Source: Selaginella moellendorffii
Lineage: Eukaryota; Plantae; Lycopodiophyta
DNA: 64,000 bases
Assembly (NCBI RefSeq): GCF_000143415.4
Contig: NW_003314393.1
Coordinates: 315,175 to 379,174, forward strand
Direction: 5' to 3'
Below, one piece after another: positions 52,216-63,151 of the stretch. The notes below the pieces were generated by a model. That model saw only the letters and a list, made by a program, of their open reading frames with translations. It did no database searches and was not told the origin of the DNA. Numbering within the stretch: position 1 is the stretch's first letter; each line of letters opens with the position of its first letter. Both the position numbers and the translations under genes were made by a program.

Positions 52216-54559
52216 ATGATTTCTCACTGGGGCATCGTACTTCTCTTCACACTTGGCATGAATCTGTCGTCTGAGGTATGATCACATGATTCTGAAATGA
52301 AACTCTTAAGGTTTTCTTTCTTTTGTATAAGATCATGGACATGGAAATTCTACTGGAGTTCAAGCAAGGCATGTTGCAAAGCAATTCTACCTTTTCTAAC
52401 TGGCATGAAGGAAGCAAGGATGGGATTTGCAGCTGGAGAGGCATTAGTTGCAATTCTAAACGCCAAGTAGTGTCCATACATCTATCCTCTGTGGATCTTG
52501 ATGAAGCCTTGGTGGGAACTCTCACGCCAAGGCTTGGGCAGCTTTCATATCTTTCAGAGCTCGATCTATCGTTTAACAAAATAACGGGGCAAATTCCTAC
52601 CACCCTCGGAAATTGCTCCTCACTCACAGAGCTCAACTTGAGAGGGAACCAATTGACTGGCCATATTCCAGCAACATTAGGGCAGCTCCAGAATCTCACT
52701 GAGCTCTGGCTATCTGATATTTCTTGAGCGGGTCTATTCCATCGAGTGTTGGGAACTGCTCCAAGCTGCGGTTCCTCAGTCTGGAAAACAACACCTTAAC
52801 GGGCTCTATATCTCCATCGCTGGGTAAGCTCAAGAAATTGGAAAGTTTATCACTTTTTACAAACAATTTGGAGGGGCTTATACCAATCACTCTTGGAAAC
52901 CTTTCGCACCTCACATTTCTAGACATGTCTGACAACCTTCTATATGGCCCATTACCTGGCTCTTTTGCTGGTCTTCGTAGGCTAAAGTGGTTGGGACTAT
53001 CGCGAAACTATTTTCTCAATGGATCGATTCCTTCGGATGTTATGGTGGGCATGCCATCTCTAACGCACCTAGAGCTCCATTACAACAACTTTACAGGAAA
53101 CATTCCCATGTTTAATGCGTCTTCTCCTGTTGTACTACTTCGCTTGGACGTTAACAGCCTGACAGGAAGCATTCCGCATTCAATCACAGAGATCAAGGCT
53201 CTCCAGCAATTGCACCTCAACAAAAACTATCTAGATGGAAGCATTCCAAAAGGCATTAGCCAGCTGGATCGTCTTGAGATACTTGACTTGAGTGACAACT
53301 ATCTCAGAAATGAAGTTCCTCCACTCGACAAATGCACCAATCTTGGCTATCTCGACCTCCACGGAAACTTGATACGGAGCAAAATGCCAACGTTTGGTGC
53401 ATGCACTAACCTTGTTTACTTGGATCTCTCAACGAACGAGTTCCAGGGAGAGATTAGCTCAAGGCTAGGGAATTGCTCCCAGCTCAAGGTTGTCAACTTT
53501 GCGCAGAACAATTTCACGGGTGAGGTGCTGCTTGACTTGAGTAACTTGACAAGCTTGGTCTTCTTTGTCATTTCCAACAACACGTTGAGCGGCACAATTC
53601 CAGCAAAAAGCTTGAATTCCACTTATCTCAGAGTCATGGACTATAGTAGGAACCATTTCACAGGCGAGATCCCTCAAGAAACTTGCAGCTGGTCAGGAAT
53701 TATGATATTGTCTTTTGCATACAACAAGCTGTTTGGCCAGATTCCAGATTGCACCACCAATCTCATTTGGCTCCAAATTCTAGATCTGTCAAACAATAAA
53801 CTCACAGGGCAGCTGCCACGCGCGCTTTGGAAGTTTCAAGGTTTCAAGGGCAACACGAGTGGGGATTTGAATCTTGGCATTTACACAGGGGTAGAGTTGA
53901 GCCTGGTCATCATAGTCAACGACGCAAGGATACAGTTTGATCGGACAACGATCGTTGTTGCAAACAACATGACTTCATTGGACATCTCAAGCAACTCTCT
54001 CGAGGGTGTCATCCCAGAAGAAATTGGGCAACTGGTTGGACTAATGCATCTTAACCTCTCGCACAACCAGTTCACCGGTGCCATACCTCTCAACCTTTCC
54101 AGCTTGAAAAAGCTTCAGTCGCTTGACTTATCCTGGAACATGCTCCAAGGCAGGATCCCAAACGAGTTTGGGGAGTTGCCTTTGTCAGCCTTTAATGTTT
54201 CATTCAACAACTTAAGCGGATTGGTCCCAACTGCATACAATTTAAACACTCGGTTTCCACTTGCATTCCAAGGCAATAAGAACCTTTGTGGGTTTCCATT
54301 GTCTCCTTGTGGCTATGCAACAAAGGATCAAGAGCACCCTGCAAGTCACAAAAGTTGGGAGAAGGACTTCCTCTTCCGTGAGGCTTCAGTGTGGGCATTT
54401 GGCTGCGGTGTGTTTATTGGCTTTTGGGTCACATTTTTAGGCATCACGTTCTGGGACAGCCTTCAAAGTTGGAGGTATAAGCTTCGGGCAAAGGAACATG
54501 AGGACGCATCTATTGGCCTCAGCATACCTTCATTTCTTCCTCGTCTTGGCAGTTCTTAA
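52216..54559 (+). pseudogene. LRR receptor-like protein (signal peptide, LRRNT, >20 LRRs, island, TM, short tail) with a 1-bp frameshift near 52718
   Basis: Signal-peptide exon 52216-52275, 56-bp intron, CSWRGISC, plant LxxLxLxxNxLxGxIP repeats, GNKNLCGFPL, TM FGCGVFIGFW; TCTGATATTTCTTGAGC is one base short of S-D-N-F-L-S. Confidence 0.88.
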
Positions 54560-54669
54560 GAAATGCTAACTTGTTAATCCAGAACTCAAATGAAAAAGCT
54601 GATGAGCAATTGACCTCCATGAGTCTAGGTCGTGGTGGATTCAGATGCTTTACTCTGATCAAAGTTTAG

Positions 54670-55209
54670 GCAATGGAAGAACATGACAATACAATAGCAA
54701 ACCCAGAAATAGGCAAATGAACAGTGGATACAGAACTTTCCATACTTTAATTTGAAAAGTCTAGGCTCTTCGGATCAAACCAACCAATGACCGACTACAT
54801 GAGTGTCAGAATACCGTCCTTGACCCGGTCATCCATCACTTTAAATTTCAAGCACATGTGACACAATGGCAAACAGATTTCTAGTGTTCCTTGGTCATGG
54901 TATTCCAGCATATAGTGGTGGTCAATGGAAGAATACATGACAAATAAAGATGACAGAAGTTAGTCACTCAGAAATGTTGGTCAAGGTGGATACAGAACTT
55001 TCGATATTTTACTTTGATCAAAGTCTAAGCTCTTCAAATACTGGTCAATCAATGAATAGCCAACCAACCAATGACCGGCTTTAACATGAGTATAAGAATA
55101 CCGTCCTTGACCCGGTGATACATCACCTTAAATTTCAAGCTTGTCAAGGAAACATGTGATACAATGGCAAACAGATTTCTTGTGTTCCTTGGTCATGGTA
55201 TTCCAGCAA
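54670..55209 (+). repeat. Tandem duplication of the promoter and first ~15 codons of the DUF716 gene
   Basis: ~54670-54910 is repeated at ~54922-55209 (AGAATACCGTCCTTGACCCGGT...ATGGCAAACAGATTTCT.GTGTTCCTTGGTCATGGTATTCCAGCA). Confidence 0.8.
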
Positions 55210-55955
55210 TTGCGTTCATCTTTTGGGGACTCTTGCTTTTTCTCACGAATGCAGCATCTCGTTTTCGAGGCCATGAAAAACCTGGGCGACTCTCCCTCAT
55301 TACAAAGCCAGCTGAGTTTTACATTCTCTTCCTTGGGAGTGCAGGAGTCATCACTTTCCACTGCATTCTTCAGCCAACACGAAGCTATCCTGACCTGGAG
55401 CACATCTCCATGGCTATTCCGTTCATGATCTATGCACTCTGTTTACGTTCCAAGCTACACTTGCCAAGTGCTTTTGTAAGTCTCATGGAAGCAGCAGCGT
55501 TCGCCCAAGAACTCTTCCTCTTTCATTGGCATTCCACGGATCATGTCGGCGTGGAAGGACATAATCATATGCTTCTACAGCTCATTGTGACTGCCTGTAT
55601 GTTCTCAAGCCTCGTGGAAGTGTTTGTGCCACAGAATCACAATGCCATGATGATCAAGTTTTGGAAGTCAATTTGTATCATCTTCCATGGCATTTGGCTG
55701 CTTCAGCTCTCATTACTTCTTGTGTTCCCAGCAACGTTCCTGCCTCTGGGTTGCCAAGTGTTTGTTCGTCACCACCAAAAGATCGAGTGTGGCAGTGAAA
55801 ACCTTGTCAACCAGTCCAAAGCTATGGGAACATTGCTTTTCAGTTGGTACCTCTCTTTGTTGATGGTAGGAAGTGCAATATCCTATGCTGTTATTGAGAG
55901 AAAAACTCTATACAATATTAGTATATGGAATGAACAGGATGAAGAGCTACCATAA
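55164..55955 (+). CDS. DUF716 / TMEM45-like multi-pass membrane protein (263 aa, intronless)
   Basis: FLGHGIPA..F..WGL, LEH, FAQELFLFHWHSTDHVGVEGHNHMLLQL and several hydrophobic helices. Confidence 0.85.
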   Translation: MANRFLVFLGHGIPAIAFIFWGLLLFLTNAASRFRGHEKPGRLSLITKPAEFYILFLGSAGVITFHCILQPTRSYPDLEHISMAIPFMIYALCLRSKLHLPSAFVSLMEAAAFAQELFLFHWHSTDHVGVEGHNHMLLQLIVTACMFSSLVEVFVPQNHNAMMIKFWKSICIIFHGIWLLQLSLLLVFPATFLPLGCQVFVRHHQKIECGSENLVNQSKAMGTLLFSWYLSLLMVGSAISYAVIERKTLYNISIWNEQDEELP

Positions 55956-57323
55956 CTTCCCTATAGTGAATAATTATAAAATGGAATTTAACCCTTGAAC
56001 AAGGGCACCAGAACAGAATCTAAGTTTTAGAGCTATGGTACAGTGAACAAAAGGATGAAGTTAAACTCTTAAGCATACAACAAAAAAATGAAGGAACATG
56101 AACATGGAGCAATATCATAATAGTTTTAGAGCATTTAGAATTCCAACTCTAAAATCAACATGCAAAACAAAGCTAAATGATTTTAGCATATTTATAGCAA
56201 AATACACCAACTAACATGGTAGAGTTTAGGCTTAGATATAAGCAAGATTCAAAACAAAAGATAGCACACCTAATGGGGAGATAAATAATATCTCAAGTAG
56301 TTCATACCTCAACCTACCCATTATCCCCATTATATTTGGAATTGCCCATATCCCCTACCCCATTATAAATGAATTAAAGAAAAGTTTATTAAAATTGAGG
56401 ATTATTATAGAATATATATGGGTATCATAGATATATTCCCATTTTACTTAAAGTGAAAAATAATTAACGTCATTCTTTTAATTTAAAACATTTTTCTAAA
56501 TTTAAAATGTATGATCAAGATGACATCTTTGAAAGCTAGCATTTTATATTTAATTTTATATAGCTTGCTGTAGTTATAAACTTCTAAAGTTAAGAAGTTC
56601 CTTATTGAACAATTTCTGAAAAATATTTATTGTGCATATTGAAATTTTTCATGTATAATAATACTTATTTAGTTTTATATTATTAATTAATATAAATATT
56701 CTATAAAATATAAGTAAAAAATTTTTTTTTGATAATGCCATATATTAATATTAACATAGTGGAATTTTGATAGCCATAAAATTGATTTCAATTTGAACCA
56801 CTTGCTCCTGTATATAAGCTAGGGTTTTGAGATTACACATTTTTGTATTCCATTTCCATATTTAATGCACTCATATTAATTGAAGTGAAGGGTAATTCTA
56901 ATTTTCCTTAAGGAGTGTTTGGTTTAGATTTAGCTTTTGCATTATCTAGATCTCTCTTATTTATGTAGCTTTTCAATTTCTTTTTTTCTTTTTTTCTTTT
57001 TATTTTTTTTGCTTCTTTCCATTCATCTTTATGGCAAAATAGTAGCTTCCTCCTTCTTTGACTCTAGAATAACAATTGGTGCAATTTCTCAATGCTATGG
57101 AATTGCAATTAAACAATCAAACTCAATTGATAGTGGCATTCACGGCATGTGGTGTATCTTTTACTATTGTTGCCCATCATTGAGTTCAGTTGGAGTTCTT
57201 TTGTGGGAATTTTGGGGATAATGTATATCATTAGTTTGATCATTTTACAATGATTACCACCTATTATTTTTGGGATGATATCTAGTGTCTATACAATTTT
57301 CCCACATATTTTAAAAAGATAGC

Positions 57324-57897
57324 TGTAAGCTCCTGGGTTTGGACTTCCCGGGAGGTCACCCAACCCAGTACTATTCAAACCCAAGGATGCTTAACCCTAA
57401 GTATCCCAAGACCCTTAACCGATTGGAAAACGGGGTGCACTCTTATTCATGGGCCTTTTCCCTCTATATTTGAACCCCTATGGACCGTCTCTCGAGTCAT
57501 TCCCTTTGGTTGCTTACAATCCACCATGCTTCCCTGCAAGTTCACGCCCTTGTGAATGGAAGCTGAGAGCTGCAGCTCTCCTGAGAGCCCCGCTCTCTTA
57601 ACACCCTACCCCCAACGGGAGCAAACTGGACCAGCTAGATGTCAATCAACATGTGGTGTGATTCCCCTAGCCAACCAACAAAGTCGGACCCAAGACCGCT
57701 CTGATACCAAATGTAAGCTCCTGGGTTTGGACTTCCCGGGAGGTCACCCAACCCAGTACTATTCAAACCCAAGGACGCTTAACCCCAAGTACCTTAACCG
57801 ATTGGAAAAGGGGGTGCACTCTTATTCATGGGCTCTTTCCCTCTATATTTGAACCCCTATAGATCGTCTCTTGAGTCGTTCTCTTTGGTTGCTTACA
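57324..57897 (-). mobile_element. Cassandra-type TRIM (5S rRNA-derived LTRs)
   Basis: LTRs 57324-57518 and 57712-57897; TSD ATAGC; rc PBS at 57698-57709; the LTR minus strand contains GTTAAGC...TAGTACTGGGTTGGGTGACCTCCCGGGAAGTCC, matching 5S rRNA boxes A and C. Confidence 0.92.
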
Positions 57898-58583
57898 ATA
57901 GCATTACAATGGTACAATGGTTTGAGCACAATCAAACAATTATTTAGACATATTGACAAGCCTTATAAGAATTGCATTATCTCTATTAGGGGTCATTTTT
58001 GTCAACGATGCAATTTTACTTCTAAATCCTCCTACTTTGTATATAGCCAATTATGTCGGAGCGGAATAAATTGGGAATGTTGTGGCCAATGTTTCAGCAA
58101 TGTCTTATGGGACTCATATATGCACTAGCTCCAATCACCTTAGACAACATTCTTCGACTAGCACAACATTATGGAACATCACTTCTTTCACTTATTGTTG
58201 CATATGCTTTAATGCCACTTTTTGTGGGAGATGACCTTGTTCTGATAGAAGTTGATGCTATTGTTGCTTGTGTTCAAAGACAAGGGCAAGGACGTAGTTA
58301 TGACCATAATGTTTGCTGCTAGACATGTGATAAGGTTGGTCACACATATTTGTGTTGTTAACATTTTTTGATTAGCATCCTCTATTTCCTAAGTGGAAGC
58401 CTTGGTATTAATAATATCCTATTGGTGCTATGGTTTTGATGTAGAGATTCTTTTGAGAAATGAGAAGTTGCGCAAGTATTCAAGGATGCTTGCATGAATA
58501 AGTTATTGACCCCTTCATCTTTCTTTTGAGAGTACCATCAATGGGTTCACTTGGCACCAGTTCATCTAGTTTATGGAGGTATA

Positions 58584-58652
58584 AGGGTTTAGGGTTTCCG
58601 GTTTAGGGTTTAGGGTTAGGGTTTATTAGGGTTTAGGTTTAGGGTTTAGGGT
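58584..58652 (+). repeat. Interstitial telomeric array (TTTAGGG)n, short and degenerate
   Basis: About 10 imperfect TTTAGGG units. Confidence 0.9.
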
Positions 58653-61600
58653 CATCTAAGTCATCTAAGCATTCCATAATCTTTTTGGCCGTGAGAGGCA
58701 CTGGATTAGGAATGAATGAGAGCCCAAGAGCAAGGAGGCGCTTTTCAGCGGCACTCAACATGCGAGAAGACAAATTGTGAACAGCACCAATCTCCACTCT
58801 ATTTTCTAGCTGGGAAACTTTTTGATTGCCGGCAAAATGAAGTAAAGCTTCATGCGGGGCAATCAAAGGTAGCCAGAAACTTTTGCCTTGCCTTTTCTGT
58901 CCACAGGCACTGCCGTAACTGGAGAGTGCGGGCGTTGCTGTGGAGGCGAGTTTCTTCCCAAGCCATAGCGTTGGGTTCGTTCGTGGAGTGGGGTGTTGTT
59001 GTGGTGCTGTGAGGGCTGCATCTCTTGTCCTCTGGGAGGTGAAGGTGGTTTCTGGTTCTGAGTTGGCTGGCGTTGTTGGGCTGCTGGAGGAGGTCGTGGT
59101 GTAGTCTGGCGCCCTCGGCCGCTTGGCCAGTTCGGTTGGGACCGTGGGGGTCGACCGTTTCCTCGAGACTGGCGTTGGCCACCTCTGCCAGTCATGGCTG
59201 GCTGGGAACCAAGCACGGTTGGAGATTGCCGGTGCAAGGGACCCCTTGAAGAAAAACCCGGGGCATCGGAATGGGTGGGAGGAGTCCCAGTAACCACATT
59301 CCGCCCCTGCTCGTTTCCCTGCCATCCATGGGTAACGTCACGTTCACCACTGGGGAGAGAAACCTTGCGTGTCTTTGAAGAGCCTGCTTCACGTATGTGG
59401 AGTGAGGTATCCGTCCTTTGCTGTCGTTTGCCTTGTGATCTGGTGCCTCTGCCAGCATCTTCGTGGTGTTGTCTCGGAATTCCACGCTCCCTCTCCTTCC
59501 ACATCTTGTCAAAGCAGCTCTGGACAAGCATCTTAACAGTGTCTTCCTTGGGCAGTGTCTCCGCCTTGGCTCGTGCAGCATCCTCTGCAGCTTCCCTTTG
59601 CTTGCGAGCATTTTCCTTTTTGCTCTCCTCAACTCCATATGCCACTGCTCCAATTGCAGTCGCACGTTGGTATTCAGCTATCAACTGATGCTTGCGGGCA
59701 TTGAGAGTATGTGTGACAGCCTCTCGTTGTGCATTGCCACAAGCCTGCAAAGCACAGTGAACAAAATCATCCATTCGATCATTAAAACGTTGAGAGAGTC
59801 CATGGTTGATGAGATCCGCAAGGGTAGCAGCCTCAGCCTCTCGTGCCTTGAGCAGAGAATCAAGAAGGTCCTTCAAGTATTGTTCGTGGATTGCTTTGAT
59901 GCTGGTATCAAGAAGTTCCTGACCGTGAGAGGTCACCTCAAGCTTTGGCACACGAATGCGAAGGTCTTGAGGGAACTGCTTTTTATCACGGAGCTGAGTC
60001 AATCTCTTCACAGCCTTGTGAGCTTGATTTAGAGACTTGAGCTCGTTCATGAATTCCTTGATCGAGCATTCAAGGATGGCAGAAAGAGCCTCATCAAGCC
60101 TACCAAGTCCCTCAGTCGAGGAGCTAGTGAGGGCATTGCCAGGGGCAAGGAAAGGTGGCAACTGCTGTGGAAGAGTGTTTCCAGTAGCAGAAATGCCAGC
60201 ACTCTTCTGCAACACTGTGAAGAGGTCTACCAATCCAGAGAATGGAGTAGATGATGGCACAGCTGGGGATGAAAAAGGTGGTGGGATTGAAGTTGTTGAT
60301 GAAAAGAGTGTTGGTAAAGTTGAGGCCATGGAGAAAGGTGGTGTGGTGGAGAAGGTTAATGGAACAGGAGGCGAGATGGAGAAAGTTGGTGGAGTATGAG
60401 GTGTTGTAGCAAAGAGAGGAGGGCTAGTTGTCGATGGAGTAGGTGTATGGATGGTTGTAGTTGTGAGCACAGAGGTACATGCAAGCGTAGACATGGGTGT
60501 ATATGCTGGTGCATGTGGTGAGAGTGCGTTTGTTGTAGGCACAGCCATAGGGGATGTAGAGGTGGTCACAGGTGGCACAACGGATCTCCTAGGCGGCATA
60601 GTTGCTACTGGGGCAGTTGCTGGAGACAGAGTGGGCTGCATATCTGTCACTGATGCTACAGTGGACCATGTAGCCGTTGACAGTGGTGCTGAGACAGGTC
60701 GTGAAGCCAAGTGTCGTTCAGCCAAGTGTCGTTCCTCTGTAAGTGCCAGTTCCCTCAAGAATTCAGGAGAAGCTGAAGGAGACTCGGTCGTGAGTGCATA
60801 TACTGACGTTTGAGGTGGTAGAGTGCGTGGTAGTGGTGTTGGAACTGACGTTTGAGGTGGTAGAGTGCGTGGTAGTGGTGTTGGAACTGACGTTTGAGGT
60901 GGTAGAGTGCGTGGTAGTGGTGTTGGAACTGACGTTTGAGGTGGTAGAGTGCGTGGTAGTGGTGTTGGAACTGACGTTTGAACTGGTAGAGTGCGTGGTA
61001 GTGGTGTTGGAACTGGTGCAGAGCAGGACGTTTGTATGGTAGTAAGCATTGTAATTGGTATGGAAGACAGCGTTGTATTTGGTGTGGAGGAAGAAGATGG
61101 TATGATACGAGATGAGAGTGTAAATCCGTGAATAGGGGCTGATCCATGAATGGAATTGGATGGTGGAGGATTTGGTGTTTGACGAGATGATGAAGCGATG
61201 TGAGGAGGTGATGGAGGAGCATTTGCCATAAGAGGAAGAGAACACTGGTCATGCATTACTCCAGAAGTTGCAGCTGTGTCTTCAATCTCAATCGGTCCTG
61301 GACCAGAGTCCCAGATGAAGTATGAGCGAACGTCCCGGTGAGAGAAATTCGGCCACAGTCCACGATGAGATTGAGGAGCTTGTGCACGCTGAGAAGGCAA
61401 GACAAGTGTCTGTTGGGAAGGCAAGACGAGCGTGTCGTGTGTGTTCTGCCTTGACTCAGGAGGTGAGAATTCCGGTGTGGGGGACCGGGAATTCGTTGGT
61501 ATCTCCTGATCTGCAGCAGCGTTGATAGAACAGATGAGATTCAAGGGCACTCCAGCACTTAAACTATGACTAAGTGGCGATGAAGATGAAGAAAAAGGGC

Positions 61601-61918
61601 TAGAAGCTTGCATGCCTACTACTCACAGACCGTCACAGCGAGCAGAAAGTGTAAGGGATTGAGATCCCTAAGAAGAAATATATATATATGGATGATTAAT
61701 TCTACGTGGCAACATACGATCAGCCATTTGGTGAAGGGTTTCAGCCATTTGGTGAGTTATAATGAAGTCATTTGGTGAGAGTGTAGATCCATGTTGCATC
61801 CTTCATGGGGAGCTAGTGAAAGAAATCTGTTCTTAAGCCTCCAGACGGTCAGCAGAAGAGCAGGAGATCCTTCTCTGAGTTACACCCATAAATTCTTCAC
61901 AGGGAACTAGTGCAAGAA
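58653..61918 (-). mobile_element. Penelope-like retroelement fragment (ORF1 plus start of the RT ORF) flanked by telomeric repeats
   Basis: VHNLSSRMLSAAEKRLLALGLSFIP at ~58700-58785 matches the N-terminal NLS...L..GL.F.P signature of PLE RT ORFs; it is cut off at the telomeric array. Confidence 0.75.
58863..61613 (-). CDS. 916-aa ORF1-like protein: S/T/P-rich N-half, helical/coiled-coil core, basic R/Q/P tail
   Basis: Uninterrupted ATG-to-stop ORF; five 42-bp repeats (TSVPTPLPRTLPPQ) at 60802-61011; overlaps the downstream RT frame. Confidence 0.75.
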   Translation of the reverse strand: MQASSPFSSSSSPLSHSLSAGVPLNLICSINAAADQEIPTNSRSPTPEFSPPESRQNTHDTLVLPSQQTLVLPSQRAQAPQSHRGLWPNFSHRDVRSYFIWDSGPGPIEIEDTAATSGVMHDQCSLPLMANAPPSPPHIASSSRQTPNPPPSNSIHGSAPIHGFTLSSRIIPSSSSTPNTTLSSIPITMLTTIQTSCSAPVPTPLPRTLPVQTSVPTPLPRTLPPQTSVPTPLPRTLPPQTSVPTPLPRTLPPQTSVPTPLPRTLPPQTSVYALTTESPSASPEFLRELALTEERHLAERHLASRPVSAPLSTATWSTVASVTDMQPTLSPATAPVATMPPRRSVVPPVTTSTSPMAVPTTNALSPHAPAYTPMSTLACTSVLTTTTIHTPTPSTTSPPLFATTPHTPPTFSISPPVPLTFSTTPPFSMASTLPTLFSSTTSIPPPFSSPAVPSSTPFSGLVDLFTVLQKSAGISATGNTLPQQLPPFLAPGNALTSSSTEGLGRLDEALSAILECSIKEFMNELKSLNQAHKAVKRLTQLRDKKQFPQDLRIRVPKLEVTSHGQELLDTSIKAIHEQYLKDLLDSLLKAREAEAATLADLINHGLSQRFNDRMDDFVHCALQACGNAQREAVTHTLNARKHQLIAEYQRATAIGAVAYGVEESKKENARKQREAAEDAARAKAETLPKEDTVKMLVQSCFDKMWKERERGIPRQHHEDAGRGTRSQGKRQQRTDTSLHIREAGSSKTRKVSLPSGERDVTHGWQGNEQGRNVVTGTPPTHSDAPGFSSRGPLHRQSPTVLGSQPAMTGRGGQRQSRGNGRPPRSQPNWPSGRGRQTTPRPPPAAQQRQPTQNQKPPSPPRGQEMQPSQHHNNTPLHERTQRYGLGRNSPPQQRPHSPVTAVPVDRKGKAKVSGYL

Positions 61919-62126
61919 AGGGTTTAGGGTTTAGGGTTTAGGTTTTAGGGTTTAGGGTTTAGGGTTTAGGGGTTTAGGGTTTAGGGGTTTAGGGGTTTAG
62001 GTTTAGGGTTTAGGGTTTAGGGTTGAGGGTTGAGGGTTGAGGGTTTAGGGTTTAGGGTTTTAGGGTTTAGGGTTTCGGGTTTAGGGTTTAGGGTTTAGGG
62101 TTTAGGGTTTAGGGTTTAGGGTTTAG
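61919..62126 (+). repeat. Interstitial telomeric array (TTTAGGG)n, ~29 units
   Basis: Direct reading; variants TTGAGGG, TTTAGGGG and TTTCGGG. Confidence 0.95.
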
Positions 62127-63151
62127 CAATTCAGTAGTTTGATAAACATGCAAATACAGAACTTGATGCAAAATCCTTTGATATGTCACAATGCCCCTAG
62201 GACCATAAACACATTTCAATAGAGAGGGTCCTTTCATTTCATAACTCCTTACGTAGATCTTGGTGAAACCAGAGTTAGTGAAGTTGGTTTCTTGTGATCC
62301 CGCATCTGATTATGATGTCCCTTTGCAGTGTCGATGGAAAGGTCAATGCACACCAAACTGTAGAATCTTGGAGCAAAATAACGGTCGGATCTATGGCAAA
62401 TGCCCCTGAAACATTGTAAGGCTCGTGTGGTCTCATGTGGTGTCTGATCGAGATGCTTCTTTGCAGAGTCATCAAGAAGGACATTATATACCATTCTTTA
62501 TTTAGCTGAACATCTGGCATTTTTGGAAATACAAGATGCTTTGGAATATCCAATCATGCATGGTATAAATATAGCGAGGGTATTAAATGATATCCCAATC
62601 ATGATCTTTCTTTTGGATTTCGCGTGCATGCAGTCCGAGGAATGATGACGTTGCGGATTTCTTTTGGATTTCACGTGCATGCATGCGCATGGCAATCCAG
62701 AAATTAATGGTGGCGCCCAAGTCCGAGGAATGATGACATTGCGGGATTACCAACCGTCGTGACATTTCGCGCGTGTGAGGTTAGGTTTTGCATCGTACTC
62801 GCGCTCGCATCGCGCTCCCACTCGTGATCACACTCACATTCACGCTCATCTACCTTCTCTACAGGTTTCTCGTGTGCATCGGCATCCACTCGCGCTTGCA
62901 TCACACTCGCGCTCGCATCGCGCTCGTGTGCATCGGTGTCCACTTCAAGACACACCCAATTTGTAACTTTGCCGCCAACTCCGCCGCCCACTCCGCCACC
63001 CACACGCAGCCCACTTGGCGTCCCGGGAGATTTCAGCACCACTCTCCAACTGTAAGTGGCAGAGTAGCCTTGCTGCTACGATCCGCTGCACACACAGTGC
63101 ACATTCGCCAGCGAGTTCGGCCTCGATTGTCACGCCTCCATTCGGCTTCAA

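Noticed and set aside
57335-57400. Genuine 5S rRNA gene
   Set aside because: Only the internal ~55-60 nt are 5S-like, and they sit within paired LTRs with PBS and TSD.
61614-61918. Hammerhead ribozyme expected in PLE termini
   Set aside because: No CTGANGA...GAAA core found by eye on the element's sense strand.
61919-62126. Current chromosome end
   Set aside because: The array is short and followed by at least 1.8 kb of non-telomeric sequence; only mis-assembly would rescue this reading.
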